A stretch of 64,000 bases of DNA from an uncultured Clostridia bacterium (GCA_947585795.1 CANPXG010000003.1:6171-70170), one strand, 5' to 3'. Counted from the stretch's first letter, positions 27,262 through 37,200 are shown. The notes: generated by a model not told the origin, from the letters alone. Translations and numbers: made by a program.

Positions 27262-28111
27262 TATTCTCCCCCAAAACATAGTCCTGTTTATTTTTCAGCG
27301 CGACGTATATTATATTGTCCAATACCTCGCGATTTTTTCTTACTGTGAGCAGGTCGTACGCCGAAGCCGCGTTTTCGAGCGTAAACGTCATAGATACGGT
27401 AAGTGGTTCTTTTAAGCCGTTTTTTATTTCCTGCGCGCTTTTTCTGCCGTTCCCAATAAGAAACGGATTGTACTCTCCGCGTTTTGCGTCCTTCAAAATG
27501 TCGCTGTACGCGTCCATAACGTAAATCCACCTGCCGATGTTATATCCGAGCCATGCAAGAGCGCGTCTTTGTGCCGCGTCCTCGATAAAGTCGGGCGTGA
27601 AAAGCAGCTCAAGTATTTTCGCGAAGCAGTCCGCCGTCTTGTCTATATCGCCGCAGCCGCTTTTTTCGAGCTCGCGCAGCTTTTTAAGATAACCGTTTAT
27701 TCCGCCGTAAAGCGCGGGTAAGCGTTTTTTAGCGCGTTTCATTCCGAAATAAAACAGCGGTATTGCGAAAAGTGACTTTATGCTTCGCCCGTCCTTCCAG
27801 TCGTCGATGAGCTTCAAATACGTAAGCATTACTCCCGCGCCGGCGGCGTAGTCCATCGCGCGGTTTACAGGTACGCGTACCGCGTCACGGCGCGGATGCA
27901 GCGCGCACCGTTTTTGTACCGTTGGTCCGTCCTCCGCGTCAACCGCCGACAGCATAAGCGCGAGAAACGTTATGTCGTAGCTCAGTCCCGCGCGGGATAA
28001 ATGTGAGCAGCGTTTACCCGTAGTCTTGCACAAACCGCAGTAATAGTCGCGAAACACGCGGTAAGCCTCCTCGCTCAGTTCTTCTTTACATACCGTCACA
28101 TATCCGAACAT
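27248..28111 (-). CDS. DUF5685 family protein
   Basis: MFGYV, YYCGLC, LSYDITF, DDWKD, IGRWIYVMDAYSD, YNPF. Confidence 0.85.
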   Translation of the reverse strand: MFGYVTVCKEELSEEAYRVFRDYYCGLCKTTGKRCSHLSRAGLSYDITFLALMLSAVDAEDGPTVQKRCALHPRRDAVRVPVNRAMDYAAGAGVMLTYLKLIDDWKDGRSIKSLFAIPLFYFGMKRAKKRLPALYGGINGYLKKLRELEKSGCGDIDKTADCFAKILELLFTPDFIEDAAQRRALAWLGYNIGRWIYVMDAYSDILKDAKRGEYNPFLIGNGRKSAQEIKNGLKEPLTVSMTFTLENAASAYDLLTVRKNREVLDNIIYVALKNKQDYVLGENNESL

Positions 28112-28297
28112 ACACCGCGCGTCCTTTGCAAAAATTCTGTACGGAATAAGTATATATCAAAACGGAGCAAAATTCAACCTGTACGTCTTATTTTTTTACA
28201 AAATTTATTTTTTCTTCATAAACGCGGCATATTTTACGGATTATTCGGAATGATAATTTTATACGAAATGCCTACGGCATAGAAAGGCTGTGTTATC

Positions 28298-28747
28298 ATG
28301 AAAAATGAAATGACGAACAAGGAGTATAACGAATATATAAAAACAAAAACACCGAACTCGAAAATATTTTCAAACTGCGCAAAAGCGTTTTTGGTCGGCG
28401 GGATTATATGCGTAATAGGTCAGTGCATTATATGGCTCTACGAAAAATGGGGGCTCGATAAGGAAAGTGCGGCTACTTGCACGTCAATAACGCTTATATT
28501 CTTCGGTGCGCTGCTCACCGGGCTTGACATTTACCCGAAAATAGCGAAATTCGCGGGCGCGGGTACGATAGTGCCCATTACGGGCTTCGCAAATTCCGTT
28601 GTTTCCCCCGCGCTCGAGGCGAAAACGGAGGGTATGGTTTTGGGCGTGGGCGCGAAAATTTTCACCATAGCAGGACCGGTCATACTGTACGGTATTTTTG
28701 CCTCGGCAATCGCCGGAACGGTGTATTGGATCGTAAGTTTATTTTGA
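28298..28747 (+). CDS. spoVAC: Stage V sporulation protein AC
   Basis: AFLVGGIICVIGQ, GAGTIVPITGFANS, FTIAGPVI. Confidence 0.95.
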   Translation: MKNEMTNKEYNEYIKTKTPNSKIFSNCAKAFLVGGIICVIGQCIIWLYEKWGLDKESAATCTSITLIFFGALLTGLDIYPKIAKFAGAGTIVPITGFANSVVSPALEAKTEGMVLGVGAKIFTIAGPVILYGIFASAIAGTVYWIVSLF

Positions 28748-28759
28748 GGGAGTGAGAGA

Positions 28760-29767
28760 ATGAATACAAGAATAGGCAGGCAGACGGTAAAAATAGAAAA
28801 TCCGCCGGTAATACTGGACGCGGCGGCGATAGTCGGCGTGAAGGAAGGTCAGGGACCTCTCAGGGACAGCTTTGACAAAATACTTACCGACGACACATTG
28901 GGTGAAAAGTCGTGGGAGAAGTCAGAGAGTACGCTGCAGCGTCAGACGGCGCTTTTGGCGCTTGAAAAGGCGCATTTAAAGCAAAACGAGATAGACTATA
29001 TACTCGCGGGTGATTTGTTAAATCAGTGCGTTGGCGCGCATTACAGCGTCCGTGACCTCGATATACCGTTCCTCGGTCTTTACGGCGCGTGCTCGACTAT
29101 GACGGAGAGTATGTCGATAGCAGGTATGCTCATCGGCGGAGGCGGCGCGCAGCGCGTGATGTGTCTTACGTCGAGCCACTTTTGTTCCTCGGAAAGACAG
29201 TTCCGTAACCCGCTTGAATACGGCGGTCAGCGTACTCCGTCCGCACAGTGGACTGTAACGGGCGCGGGCTGCGCCGTGCTCGGCGCGAAGGGTGACGGTC
29301 CGAAAATAACCCATGTTACGACCGGTAAGGTGATTGACAAGGGCGTTACCGATATAAGTAATATGGGTGCGGCTATGGCTCCCGCGGCGATAGATACTCT
29401 GTCGGCGCATTTTAACGAAACGGGTATGAAACCGTCGGACTACGACATGATTTTAACGGGTGACCTCGGCGTTATAGGCTCGGATATTTTGACGGAGCTT
29501 ATGCTTAAGGAAGGGTTTGATATACGCCGAAACCACCGTGACTGCGGTAAGCTGATATTTGATATTGAAAAACAGGACGTACACGCGGGCGGAAGCGGCT
29601 GCGGCTGCTGCGGAAGCGTATTCTGCGGCTATATATTCAAGGAGCTTAAGCGCCATAATCTCAAGAAAATACTCGTAATGGCAACGGGAGCGCTTATGAA
29701 CCCGATGGTCGTTGAGCAGGGTGAAAGTATACCGGCGATCGCGCACGCGGTGACGATAGAAAATTGA
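28760..29767 (+). CDS. spoVAD: Stage V sporulation protein AD
   Basis: GDLLNQ, GACST, QWTVTG, GGSGCGC, GESIPAIAHAV. Confidence 0.96.
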   Translation: MNTRIGRQTVKIENPPVILDAAAIVGVKEGQGPLRDSFDKILTDDTLGEKSWEKSESTLQRQTALLALEKAHLKQNEIDYILAGDLLNQCVGAHYSVRDLDIPFLGLYGACSTMTESMSIAGMLIGGGGAQRVMCLTSSHFCSSERQFRNPLEYGGQRTPSAQWTVTGAGCAVLGAKGDGPKITHVTTGKVIDKGVTDISNMGAAMAPAAIDTLSAHFNETGMKPSDYDMILTGDLGVIGSDILTELMLKEGFDIRRNHRDCGKLIFDIEKQDVHAGGSGCGCCGSVFCGYIFKELKRHNLKKILVMATGALMNPMVVEQGESIPAIAHAVTIEN

Positions 29768-29781
29768 TTGGAGGGATAAGC

Positions 29782-30138
29782 GTGATATTTTTAAAAGCGT
29801 TTATAGTCGGCGGGCTCATATGTGCCGTCGGACAGATACTTATCGACAAAACCAAGCTCACTCCCGCGAGGATACTTGTGACCTTTGTGGTGCTCGGCGT
29901 ATTTTTGCAGCTTTTGCGCGTGTACGAGCCGCTTGTAAATTTTGCGGGTGCGGGCGCGACGGTGCCGCTTACGGGGTTTGGGTATAATCTCTGTAAAGGT
30001 GCGGCGAAGGCGGTAAGCGAGCAGGGGTTCCTCGGTATATTCACGGGCGGTTTTACCTCGTCCGCCGGCGGGATCGCGGCGGCGCTTATTTTCGGATTCC
30101 TCGTGTCCGTCATTTTCAGGTCAAAACCGAAAAAATAA
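29782..30138 (+). CDS. spoVAE: Stage V sporulation protein AE(b)
   Basis: AFIVGGLICAVGQILID, TPARILV, GAGATVPLTGFG; GTG start after GGAGG. Confidence 0.93.
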   Translation: MIFLKAFIVGGLICAVGQILIDKTKLTPARILVTFVVLGVFLQLLRVYEPLVNFAGAGATVPLTGFGYNLCKGAAKAVSEQGFLGIFTGGFTSSAGGIAAALIFGFLVSVIFRSKPKK

Positions 30139-30214
30139 TAAAAAGGTCTGTTCAAACAAAGAAATATATGGTATACTTTATTAAAATATATCTTAAAACG
30201 AACGGAGAAAAAAC

Positions 30215-31072
30215 ATGTTTGAAATAAACGGACATACAAAACAGCTCGGTATAATCGGATATCCCGTTGAGCATACGTTTTCACCCGCTATGCACAACTT
30301 CATATCCGATACGGTACATAATAATTACGTGTACTGCGCGTGGCGCGTGCATCCCGATGATCTTAGGAAAGCCGTGGACGGCATACGCGCTCTCGGTATA
30401 AGCGGCGTGAACGTGACCGCGCCGCACAAAAAAGAGGTTATGAAGTACCTTGACGTTGTGACGGACGGCGCGAAGGAGCTTGGCAGTGTCAACACGATAG
30501 TAAATCGCGGCGGCGAGCTTTGGGGGTACAACACCGACGCGGACGGTTTTTGTATGGCGCTTAAAAAGGCGGGTATTGAGATAAATGCCAGCCATATACT
30601 TATAATCGGCGCGGGCGGCGTTACGCGTCCCACCGTTATACGGCTTATCGACAACGGTGCGGCTGAAATTACCGTGGTAAACAGAACCGCGTCCAAGGCG
30701 GTAAGTCTTGGTGAGGATATATTACGGTGCAAAAATTTCAAGGTGAATACCGATATTAAAAATCTTGATTTTGACATTGTAATAAACACCACGTCGGCGG
30801 GTATGGAGCCTCAGGAAAACGTGCTGCCGACCGACAGTATAGACGCTCTTTCCGATTTGTCGTTTATCGGCGCGAATACCGCCGTCGTAGATATGATATA
30901 TAATCCCGATGAAACGCTGTTTTTGAAAAAGGCTCGAGAGGCGGGCGCGAAAACGCTTAATGGGCTTGGTATGCTCGTGTACCAAGGTATTATCGCGTAT
31001 GAGCTTTTTACCGGCGTTACTCTCCCCTCCGATATGGGTGAGCGTATCAAAAAGGAGGTGTTTGGCAGATGA
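30215..31072 (+). CDS. aroE: Shikimate dehydrogenase
   Basis: GYPVEHTFSPAMHN, NVTAPHK, GYNTD, GAGG, DMIYNP, GMLVYQG. Confidence 0.95.
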   Translation: MFEINGHTKQLGIIGYPVEHTFSPAMHNFISDTVHNNYVYCAWRVHPDDLRKAVDGIRALGISGVNVTAPHKKEVMKYLDVVTDGAKELGSVNTIVNRGGELWGYNTDADGFCMALKKAGIEINASHILIIGAGGVTRPTVIRLIDNGAAEITVVNRTASKAVSLGEDILRCKNFKVNTDIKNLDFDIVINTTSAGMEPQENVLPTDSIDALSDLSFIGANTAVVDMIYNPDETLFLKKAREAGAKTLNGLGMLVYQGIIAYELFTGVTLPSDMGERIKKEVFGR

Positions 31073-31575
31073 ACATAGTGCTTACGGGTTTTATGGCGAC
31101 GGGTAAAACGGAAATAAGCAGGGCTATCGCGGAAATGTCGCAGTACAAATTGGTCGATACCGACGATATGGTTACTTCAAAGCTCGGTATGAGCGTCAAT
31201 GAAATATTTGAAAAGTACGGCGAAAAGTATTTCAGAGATGCCGAACGTGAGGCGGTGAAGGAAGCGGCGGCTATGAATAACGCCGTGATCGCCACCGGCG
31301 GCGGCGTTGTGATGGATAAAGAAAATATAAAAGCGCTGCGTGAAACGGGAATGATATTTAACCTCTCGCCCGACTTTTCCGTAATACGTGAACGTCTTGA
31401 GTCGGCAAAAAAAACAAGACCGCTTTTGCGTAAAGACAGTATAGATGATATTGAAAAGCGGTTTAACGACCGTCAGCCGATGTACGACGACTGTGACTGT
31501 AAAATCAAAATTATAAACGGCAGAACGCCGCGTTCATACGCGATCGAAATTTTAAAAATCGCGTCAGGTAAGTGA
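31069..31575 (+). CDS. aroK: Shikimate kinase
   Basis: GFMATGKT, DTD, GExxFR, ATGGG, RPLL. Confidence 0.95.
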   Translation: MNIVLTGFMATGKTEISRAIAEMSQYKLVDTDDMVTSKLGMSVNEIFEKYGEKYFRDAEREAVKEAAAMNNAVIATGGGVVMDKENIKALRETGMIFNLSPDFSVIRERLESAKKTRPLLRKDSIDDIEKRFNDRQPMYDDCDCKIKIINGRTPRSYAIEILKIASGK

Positions 31576-31586
31576 AAATTAAAGTG

Positions 31587-31615
31587 ACAGGGACACTAAA
31601 ATTTAGTGTCCCTGT
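31587..31615. terminator. Palindromic terminator, same core as 52299-52322
   Basis: ACAGGGACACTAAA-A-TTTAGTGTCCCTGT then T-run. Confidence 0.8.
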
Positions 31616-31637
31616 TTTTGTTTTACTGTCCCTAAAA

Positions 31638-32180
31638 TCAGTAATTTTCGGCGTGAACCTCAAAGAAGCTCTGCGGGTGGTTGCATACGGGGCAAACCTC
31701 GGGTGCTTTCGTGCCGACACAGATGTGACCGCAGTTGCGGCACTCCCATACCTTGACCTCGCTCTTTTCAAATACCTGTGCCGTTTCGATGTTCTTGAGC
31801 AGCGCGCGGTAACGTTCTTCGTGGTGTTTTTCGATTTCCGCAACGGCGCGGAATTTAGCCGCAAGCTCGGTAAAGCCTTCCTTTTCGGCTGTGTCCGCGA
31901 AGCCCGCGTACATATCCGTCCACTCGTAGTTTTCGCCCTCGGCGGCGTCTTTCAGGTTTTCGGGAGTGTTGCCGATGCCGTTAAGCTCCTTGAACCACAT
32001 CTTAGCATGTTCCTTCTCGTTGTCGGCAGTTTTTAGAAACAGTGCCGACATCTGCTCGTAGCCCTCTTTCTTCGCGACCGACGCGAAGTAGGTGTACTTG
32101 TTACGCGCCTGCGATTCGCCCGCGAATGCCGCCTCAAGGTTCTTTTCCGTCTGTGTTCCCGCGTATTTGTTTGTTTTCAT
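31638..32180 (-). CDS. rbr: Rubrerythrin
   Basis: [12 protein letters not shown], ExxH motifs, C-terminal CRNC...CPVC rubredoxin site. Confidence 0.95.
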   Translation of the reverse strand: MKTNKYAGTQTEKNLEAAFAGESQARNKYTYFASVAKKEGYEQMSALFLKTADNEKEHAKMWFKELNGIGNTPENLKDAAEGENYEWTDMYAGFADTAEKEGFTELAAKFRAVAEIEKHHEERYRALLKNIETAQVFEKSEVKVWECRNCGHICVGTKAPEVCPVCNHPQSFFEVHAENY

Positions 32181-32258
32181 TTTCTTTACCTCCTTTATTT
32201 TTACGCCGTGTAGGCGTTTTTTACCGATTTTTAAATTTAAAGTGAATTAAAACAGCCG

Positions 32259-33536
32259 TCAAAATACAAAATCAAATTCAAGATCCCCTATCCTCACCGT
32301 GTCACCCTCGCGTATGCCCATGTTTATGAGATCCTCTATCACGCCGCGGTTAAGAAGGGCTCGCTGGAAATATTGGAGCGACTCGCTGTCGGAGAAATTC
32401 ACGCTGCCGCCGACGGCTTCTATCCACGAGCCGCTTATAACGTAAACCTCATTGTCGCGCGTTATCTCGTAGCCCTTGCCGTCATCCGTAAACTCGTCCT
32501 CGTAAATGTCCATTTCAGGCTCAAACACCGTTACGGGCGGGAGCTTCGTAAGCTCCTCATACGTTTTTTGCATAAGCTCCTTAACGCCCTTATTTGTGGC
32601 AGCCGATATTTCGTACACCGTCACGCCGCGCTTTTCCATTTCGGCGAGAAATTCATTGTACGCGTCCGCGTCCTGTATTATGTCGGTCTTGTTCGCCGCG
32701 ACGATCTGCGGACGCTCTTCGAGAGCCATGTCGTATGCCGCAAGCTCCGCGTTTATAATGTCAAAGTCCTCGATTGGGTTTCTGCCCTCAACGCCAGACA
32801 CGTCCACTACGTGAATGAGTATCCGCGTGCGCTCTATGTGGCGCAGAAACTCGTGTCCAAGTCCCACGCCCTCGCTCGCGCCCTCGATAATTCCGGGAAT
32901 GTCGGCAAGCACAAAGCTGCGTCCCTCTCCCAGATCCACAACGCCGAGGTTAGGTTCGAGCGTGGTGAAATGGTAGTCGGCGATTTTCGGGTCGGCTTTC
33001 GTCGTCATGGACAGCAGCGTCGATTTACCGACGTTCGGGAAGCCGACAAGTCCCACGTCGGCAAGTAATTTCAGTTCAAGTATTATCTCACGCTCGTCGC
33101 CGGGCTGACCGTTTTTCGCGAAGTTCGGGGTCTGGCGCACAGCCGTAGCAAAATGCGCGTTGCCCCAGCCGCCGTTGCCGCCGCGCGCGAGTACAAAATC
33201 TCTGTCCGTGGAGGACAGGTCGGCGATTATGCGGTTACTCTGAGCGTCGCGCACGATCGTACCCTGCGGCACTTTAATAATTATGTCGTCGCCCTTTTTA
33301 CCCTTGCGGCGTTTACCCGCGCCGTCCGCACCGGCTTGCGCGGCGTATTTCCTTTTGTAGCGGAAGTCCATTAGCGTTGTCATGCCCGTTTCGACGCGGA
33401 AAATAACGTCGCCGCCCTTACCGCCGTCGCCGCCGTCAGGTCCGCCTGCAGCCACGTATTTTTCACGGCGGAAGGATATCGCTCCGTTACCGCCTTTACC
33501 CGCCTGTATGAATATTTTAGCCTTATCCGTAAACAT
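32259..33536 (-). CDS. obgE: GTPase ObgE
   Basis: FRREKY..GGPDGGDGG, GFPNVGKS, YHFTT, DIPG, NKTD. Confidence 0.97.
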   Translation of the reverse strand: MFTDKAKIFIQAGKGGNGAISFRREKYVAAGGPDGGDGGKGGDVIFRVETGMTTLMDFRYKRKYAAQAGADGAGKRRKGKKGDDIIIKVPQGTIVRDAQSNRIIADLSSTDRDFVLARGGNGGWGNAHFATAVRQTPNFAKNGQPGDEREIILELKLLADVGLVGFPNVGKSTLLSMTTKADPKIADYHFTTLEPNLGVVDLGEGRSFVLADIPGIIEGASEGVGLGHEFLRHIERTRILIHVVDVSGVEGRNPIEDFDIINAELAAYDMALEERPQIVAANKTDIIQDADAYNEFLAEMEKRGVTVYEISAATNKGVKELMQKTYEELTKLPPVTVFEPEMDIYEDEFTDDGKGYEITRDNEVYVISGSWIEAVGGSVNFSDSESLQYFQRALLNRGVIEDLINMGIREGDTVRIGDLEFDFVF

Positions 33537-33540
33537 ATTT

Positions 33541-33693
33541 TTAACCTTTCCTGTCGTTTTCCCTGCACCCGTCGCAGCCTTCGCAGCCGCACGAGCAGCC
33601 TTTACCGCTGCGCTTACGTTTTATTGTCACCGCCGCCGCGATTACAACGGCGAGCAAAATCACGCCGATAATTATAAAATCAACCGTATTCAC
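33541..33693 (-). CDS. FeoB-associated Cys-rich membrane protein (50 aa)
   Basis: Hand translation (GTG) MNTVDFIIIGVILLAVVIAAAVTIKRKRSGKGCSCGCEGCDGCRENDRKG; RBS GAGGTG; directly after feoB. Not in ORF track. Confidence 0.85.
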   Translation of the reverse strand: MNTVDFIIIGVILLAVVIAAAVTIKRKRSGKGCSCGCEGCDGCRENDRKG

Positions 33694-33702
33694 ATTATCA
33701 CC

Positions 33703-36039
33703 TCATAACCCGACAGCCATACATATAAGCCGCACAACAAGCGCCGCCGCCCACGCTATGACGCACTGCCACACCGCGACGCCGACAGCCCATCTGCCGC
33801 CGAGCTCTCTCTTTATCGATGCCACCGCAGCAACACACGGCGAATAGAGCAGGCTGAACACAAGCAGCGACGCCGCGCCCGCGGTACTTAATGCAGCCGT
33901 AACGCCTCCGGCGAACAGCACCTCAAGCACCGACACGACGCTTTCCTTCGCCATAAATCCGCTTATCAAAGCCGTCACAATTCTCCAGTCGCCCAGTCCT
34001 ATCGGCGCGAAAAGCGGCGCGATAAGTCCCGAAACGGACGCGAGTATGCTGCCGTCCGAGTCCGGCACGTACTGCAAATGCCAGTTAAAGCTCTGCATGA
34101 ACCATATTATAACCGTCGCGATGAATATTACCGTAAAGGCGCGGGTCAAAAAGTCCTTCGCCTTCTCCCACAAAAGCTGCGCGACGTTTTTCGCCGTCGG
34201 CATGCGGTAGTTCGGCAGCTCCATTACGAACGGTACGGGTTCGCCCTTGAATATCGTCTTTTTGTAAAGGAACGCCGCGAGTATGCCTATCACGATGCCC
34301 AAAAGGTAAATCCCCGTCATTATCGGCGCGGCGTATTTCGGGAAAAACGCGTTTACGAAAAACGCGTAAATCGGCAGCTTTGCCGTACAGCTCATAAACG
34401 GCGTTAATATAATCGTCATTTTACGGTCGCGCTCACTCGGCAGCGTGCGCGTCGCCATTACGGCGGGTACGGAGCAGCCGAAGCCTATGAGCATCGGTAC
34501 GATACTTCTTCCCGACAGTCCTATCTTACGCAAAAGCTTATCCATAAAGAACGCCACGCGCGCTATGTACCCGCTGTCCTCCAAAAGTGAGAGGAAGAAG
34601 AACAACGTCACTATAATCGGCAGGAACGACAGCACGCTGCCCACTCCCGCGAAAATTCCGTCCGTTATCAGTCCGCGTATAACGCCGCTGACGTTCGCGC
34701 TTTCGAGCGCGTTTTCGGTAATCGCGGCGAGCGCGTCAATGCCCGACTCCATGAGCGACTGCAGCCACGCGCCTATCACGCCGAACGTCAGGTAAAACAC
34801 GAGCGCCATAATTATTATAAACATCGGTATGGCGGTGTATTTGCCCGTCAGTATGCGGTCTATTACCTCGCTCCTTTTGTGTTCCTTGCTCTCCTTCGGC
34901 TTTATCACGCACGCGGCGCAGAGGTTTTTAATAAACGAGAAGCGCATGTCGGCTATTGCGGCGCTGCGGTCAAGCCCACGCTCTTTCTCCATTTGAAGGA
35001 TTATGTCCTCGATTATCGCCTTTTCGCGGTCGTCGAGCTTCAGCTGTTCCATTATAAGGCTGTCGCCCTCAACGAGCTTGCTCGCCGCGAAGCGCACGGG
35101 TATTCCCGCGCTCTCGGCGTGGTCGTCTATGAGGTGCATTATCGCGTGAAGGCAGCGGTGGAGCGCGCCGCTGTGATCGGCAGCGTCGCAGAAATCCTGT
35201 CTGCCCGGTTTTGCGTTGTGCTTCGCGACGTATATTGCGTGGTCGATAAGCTCGCCCACACCCTGATTTTTGGCAGCCGAAATCGGCACGACCGGCACGC
35301 CTAAAATATCCTCCATTGTGTTTATATCCACACTGCCGCCGTTGCCGACAACCTCGTCCATCATGTTGAGCGCGACTACCATCGGAACGTCCATTTCGAG
35401 AAGCTGCATCGTGAGGTACATGTTGCGCTCGATATTCGTCGCGTCAACGATATTTATAATAGCCGTGGGCTTATCCTGCATCACGAAGTTGCGCGACACG
35501 ATTTCCTCGCTCGTGTACGGCGACATCGAGTATATGCCCGGGAGGTCGGTCACGAGCGTGTTCGGGTGTCCCTTTATCACACCGTCGCGTCGGTCTACCG
35601 TTACGCCGGGGAAGTTGCCGACGTGGCGGTTCGAGCCGGTAAGCTGGTTGAAAAGCGTGGTTTTGCCGCTGTTTTGGTTGCCGACGAGGGCGTATGTAAG
35701 CGTCGCGCTGTCGGATAACGGCTTACCGTTTCTCGCGCGGTAGGACGCTTTTTCGCCGAGTTTCGGGTGGTATTTTACGCGTCTGTCCCGGCCGTCCTTC
35801 CTGCCGGTGCGTTCCTCAATGGGGGTTACGTCTATCTGCTGCGCGTCGGCAAGACGCAGCGTTAGCTCGTAGCCGTGAATGCTCAGCTGTATCGGGTCGC
35901 CCATCGGCGCGAGCTTAACGAGCGTCACCTGTGCGCCGGGTATCACGCCCATGTCGAGGAAGTGCTGCCTGAGCGCACCTTCCCCGCCTACTCTCTCTAT
36001 TACGGCGCTTTCGCCTTTTTTTAATTCCTTTAACGTCAT
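33703..36039 (-). CDS. feoB: FeoA-FeoB fusion ferrous iron transporter
   Basis: N-terminal FeoA (APMGDP, GYELTLR), GNQNSGKT, GNFPGVT, DLPG, LEDSGY, GFGCSVP. Confidence 0.96.
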   Translation of the reverse strand: MTLKELKKGESAVIERVGGEGALRQHFLDMGVIPGAQVTLVKLAPMGDPIQLSIHGYELTLRLADAQQIDVTPIEERTGRKDGRDRRVKYHPKLGEKASYRARNGKPLSDSATLTYALVGNQNSGKTTLFNQLTGSNRHVGNFPGVTVDRRDGVIKGHPNTLVTDLPGIYSMSPYTSEEIVSRNFVMQDKPTAIINIVDATNIERNMYLTMQLLEMDVPMVVALNMMDEVVGNGGSVDINTMEDILGVPVVPISAAKNQGVGELIDHAIYVAKHNAKPGRQDFCDAADHSGALHRCLHAIMHLIDDHAESAGIPVRFAASKLVEGDSLIMEQLKLDDREKAIIEDIILQMEKERGLDRSAAIADMRFSFIKNLCAACVIKPKESKEHKRSEVIDRILTGKYTAIPMFIIIMALVFYLTFGVIGAWLQSLMESGIDALAAITENALESANVSGVIRGLITDGIFAGVGSVLSFLPIIVTLFFFLSLLEDSGYIARVAFFMDKLLRKIGLSGRSIVPMLIGFGCSVPAVMATRTLPSERDRKMTIILTPFMSCTAKLPIYAFFVNAFFPKYAAPIMTGIYLLGIVIGILAAFLYKKTIFKGEPVPFVMELPNYRMPTAKNVAQLLWEKAKDFLTRAFTVIFIATVIIWFMQSFNWHLQYVPDSDGSILASVSGLIAPLFAPIGLGDWRIVTALISGFMAKESVVSVLEVLFAGGVTAALSTAGAASLLVFSLLYSPCVAAVASIKRELGGRWAVGVAVWQCVIAWAAALVVRLICMAVGL

Positions 36040-36069
36040 ATGCTGCTCCTTGTGGTTGGTGGTGTGTTG

Positions 36070-36323
36070 CGGGCGGCCAATGACCGCCCCTACGATACCG
36101 TTGTATTCGGATTGTCGGAGACGGGCGACCGTAAAGGTCGCCCCTACGGCGCACCGTGAGCCTCTCCTTGAGGAGAGGTGGCATCGCGAAGCGATGACGG
36201 AGAGGTGGATAATTCAAAACCACCTCTCAGTCGCCTTCGGCGACAGCTCCCCTCAAGTGAACAACACGCATAGCGTGTTGTAGGCGTGTTGCGAAGCAAC
36301 AAACGCCGTAGCAAGGGGAGCCT
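36070..36323. repeat. Cluster of REP-like palindromes in the feoAB leader
   Basis: Two GTAG-type REPs (36070-36093, 36122-36147; minus strand GTAGGGGCG..CGCCCG) plus an inverted pair of CTCCxxTGAGGxGAG...CTGAGAGG-type units, one interrupted by a nested insert. Confidence 0.8.
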
Positions 36324-36354
36324 CACGAAGAGGGTGCCGTCCCTATTCAATATA

Positions 36355-36383
36355 AGTGTAACATTTTTTTCTTTCGGTATCAA
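36355..36383 (-). promoter_or_regulatory. sigA-type promoter for feoAB
   Basis: Minus strand TTGATA-17-TACACT with extended TG. Confidence 0.65.
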
Positions 36384-36403
36384 GTCCAAAAACGGATTTA
36401 GAC

Positions 36404-36436
36404 AAAAAAATACCGCTTCGGAATGACCGAAGCGGC
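36404..36436 (-). terminator. Terminator after rpmA
   Basis: CCGCTTCGG-5 nt-CCGAAGCGG with a T-run on the minus strand. Confidence 0.8.
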
Positions 36437-36449
36437 GATAAATTCAAAA

Positions 36450-36704
36450 TCAATCGGCATAAACGCTGCACTGCGTCTTATCTCTGCCCTTTCTTTCAAA
36501 CTTTACCTTACCGTCGATAAGCGCGAACAATGTGTCGTCGCTGCCCTTGCCTACATTATTGCCCGGATGGATCTTCGTTCCTCTCTGTCTTACAAGAATG
36601 TTGCCGGCAAGTACGAACTGACCGTCTGCTCTCTTCGCGCCGAGTCTTTTGGACTCACTGTCACGACCGTTCTTCGTGCTACCCATACCTTTCTTATGAG
36701 CCAT
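36450..36704 (-). CDS. rpmA: 50S ribosomal protein L27 (short form)
   Basis: [22 protein letters not shown]; RBS GAGGTG. Confidence 0.97.
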   Translation of the reverse strand: MAHKKGMGSTKNGRDSESKRLGAKRADGQFVLAGNILVRQRGTKIHPGNNVGKGSDDTLFALIDGKVKFERKGRDKTQCSVYAD

Positions 36705-36750
36705 TTAAAACACCTCGCTTTTCAATACAATCAAGTGGTTATACACAATC

Positions 36751-37062
36751 TTAGGCGTTGATCTTAACGATTTCAACCTTCGTGTAGGGCTGTCTGTGTC
36801 CCTTCTTTGTGCGTTCGTTCTTCTTTCTCTTCATTTTGAAAACGTAAATCTTCTTGGCTTTGCCGTTCTTTACGACCTTAGCCTCAACGCTCGCCCCGTC
36901 AACCGTGGGAGCGCCTACCTTTACGTCATCACCTTCACCGGCAATAAGCACCTTGTCAAACGTTACGGAAGAACCTTCTTCCATATCCAGCTTCTCGACG
37001 AAAATCGTGTCGCCCTCCGAAACCTTGTACTGCTTACCGCCTGTTACGATTACCGCGTACAT
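36751..37062 (-). CDS. rplU: 50S ribosomal protein L21
   Basis: [14 protein letters not shown]...GHRQPYT; RBS AGGAGG. Confidence 0.97.
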   Translation of the reverse strand: MYAVIVTGGKQYKVSEGDTIFVEKLDMEEGSSVTFDKVLIAGEGDDVKVGAPTVDGASVEAKVVKNGKAKKIYVFKMKRKKNERTKKGHRQPYTKVEIVKINA

Positions 37063-37079
37063 ACTGAAAACACCTCCTC

Positions 37080-37160
37080 TTATTTTTTGAGGACACGCTA
37101 TCGCAGGTATCTTCGGGACGCGTCCCAAAGAGTTTTTGACCCGTTCTATGCGGTCACTGT
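37080..37160 (-). ncRNA. Probable L21 ribosomal leader
   Basis: Structured leader (GACC..GGTC and GGGAC..GTCCC hairpins) between a sigA-like promoter and rplU; called mainly by position. Confidence 0.5.
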
Positions 37161-37200
37161 TGTATATTACCACAATATTTTCATATTGTCAAGTACTTTT

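Noticed and set aside
28225-28262. Sporulation sigma promoters upstream of spoVAC, gpr and yqfC/ylbJ
   Set aside because: GCATA/GTATA and CATA-type partial matches exist but are too degenerate to call by eye.
33703-36039. FeoA-FeoB fusion as a novelty
   Set aside because: A known architecture in Clostridia and Bacteroidota.
36070-36323. CRISPR array
   Set aside because: Palindromes are heterogeneous and irregularly spaced; no cas genes.
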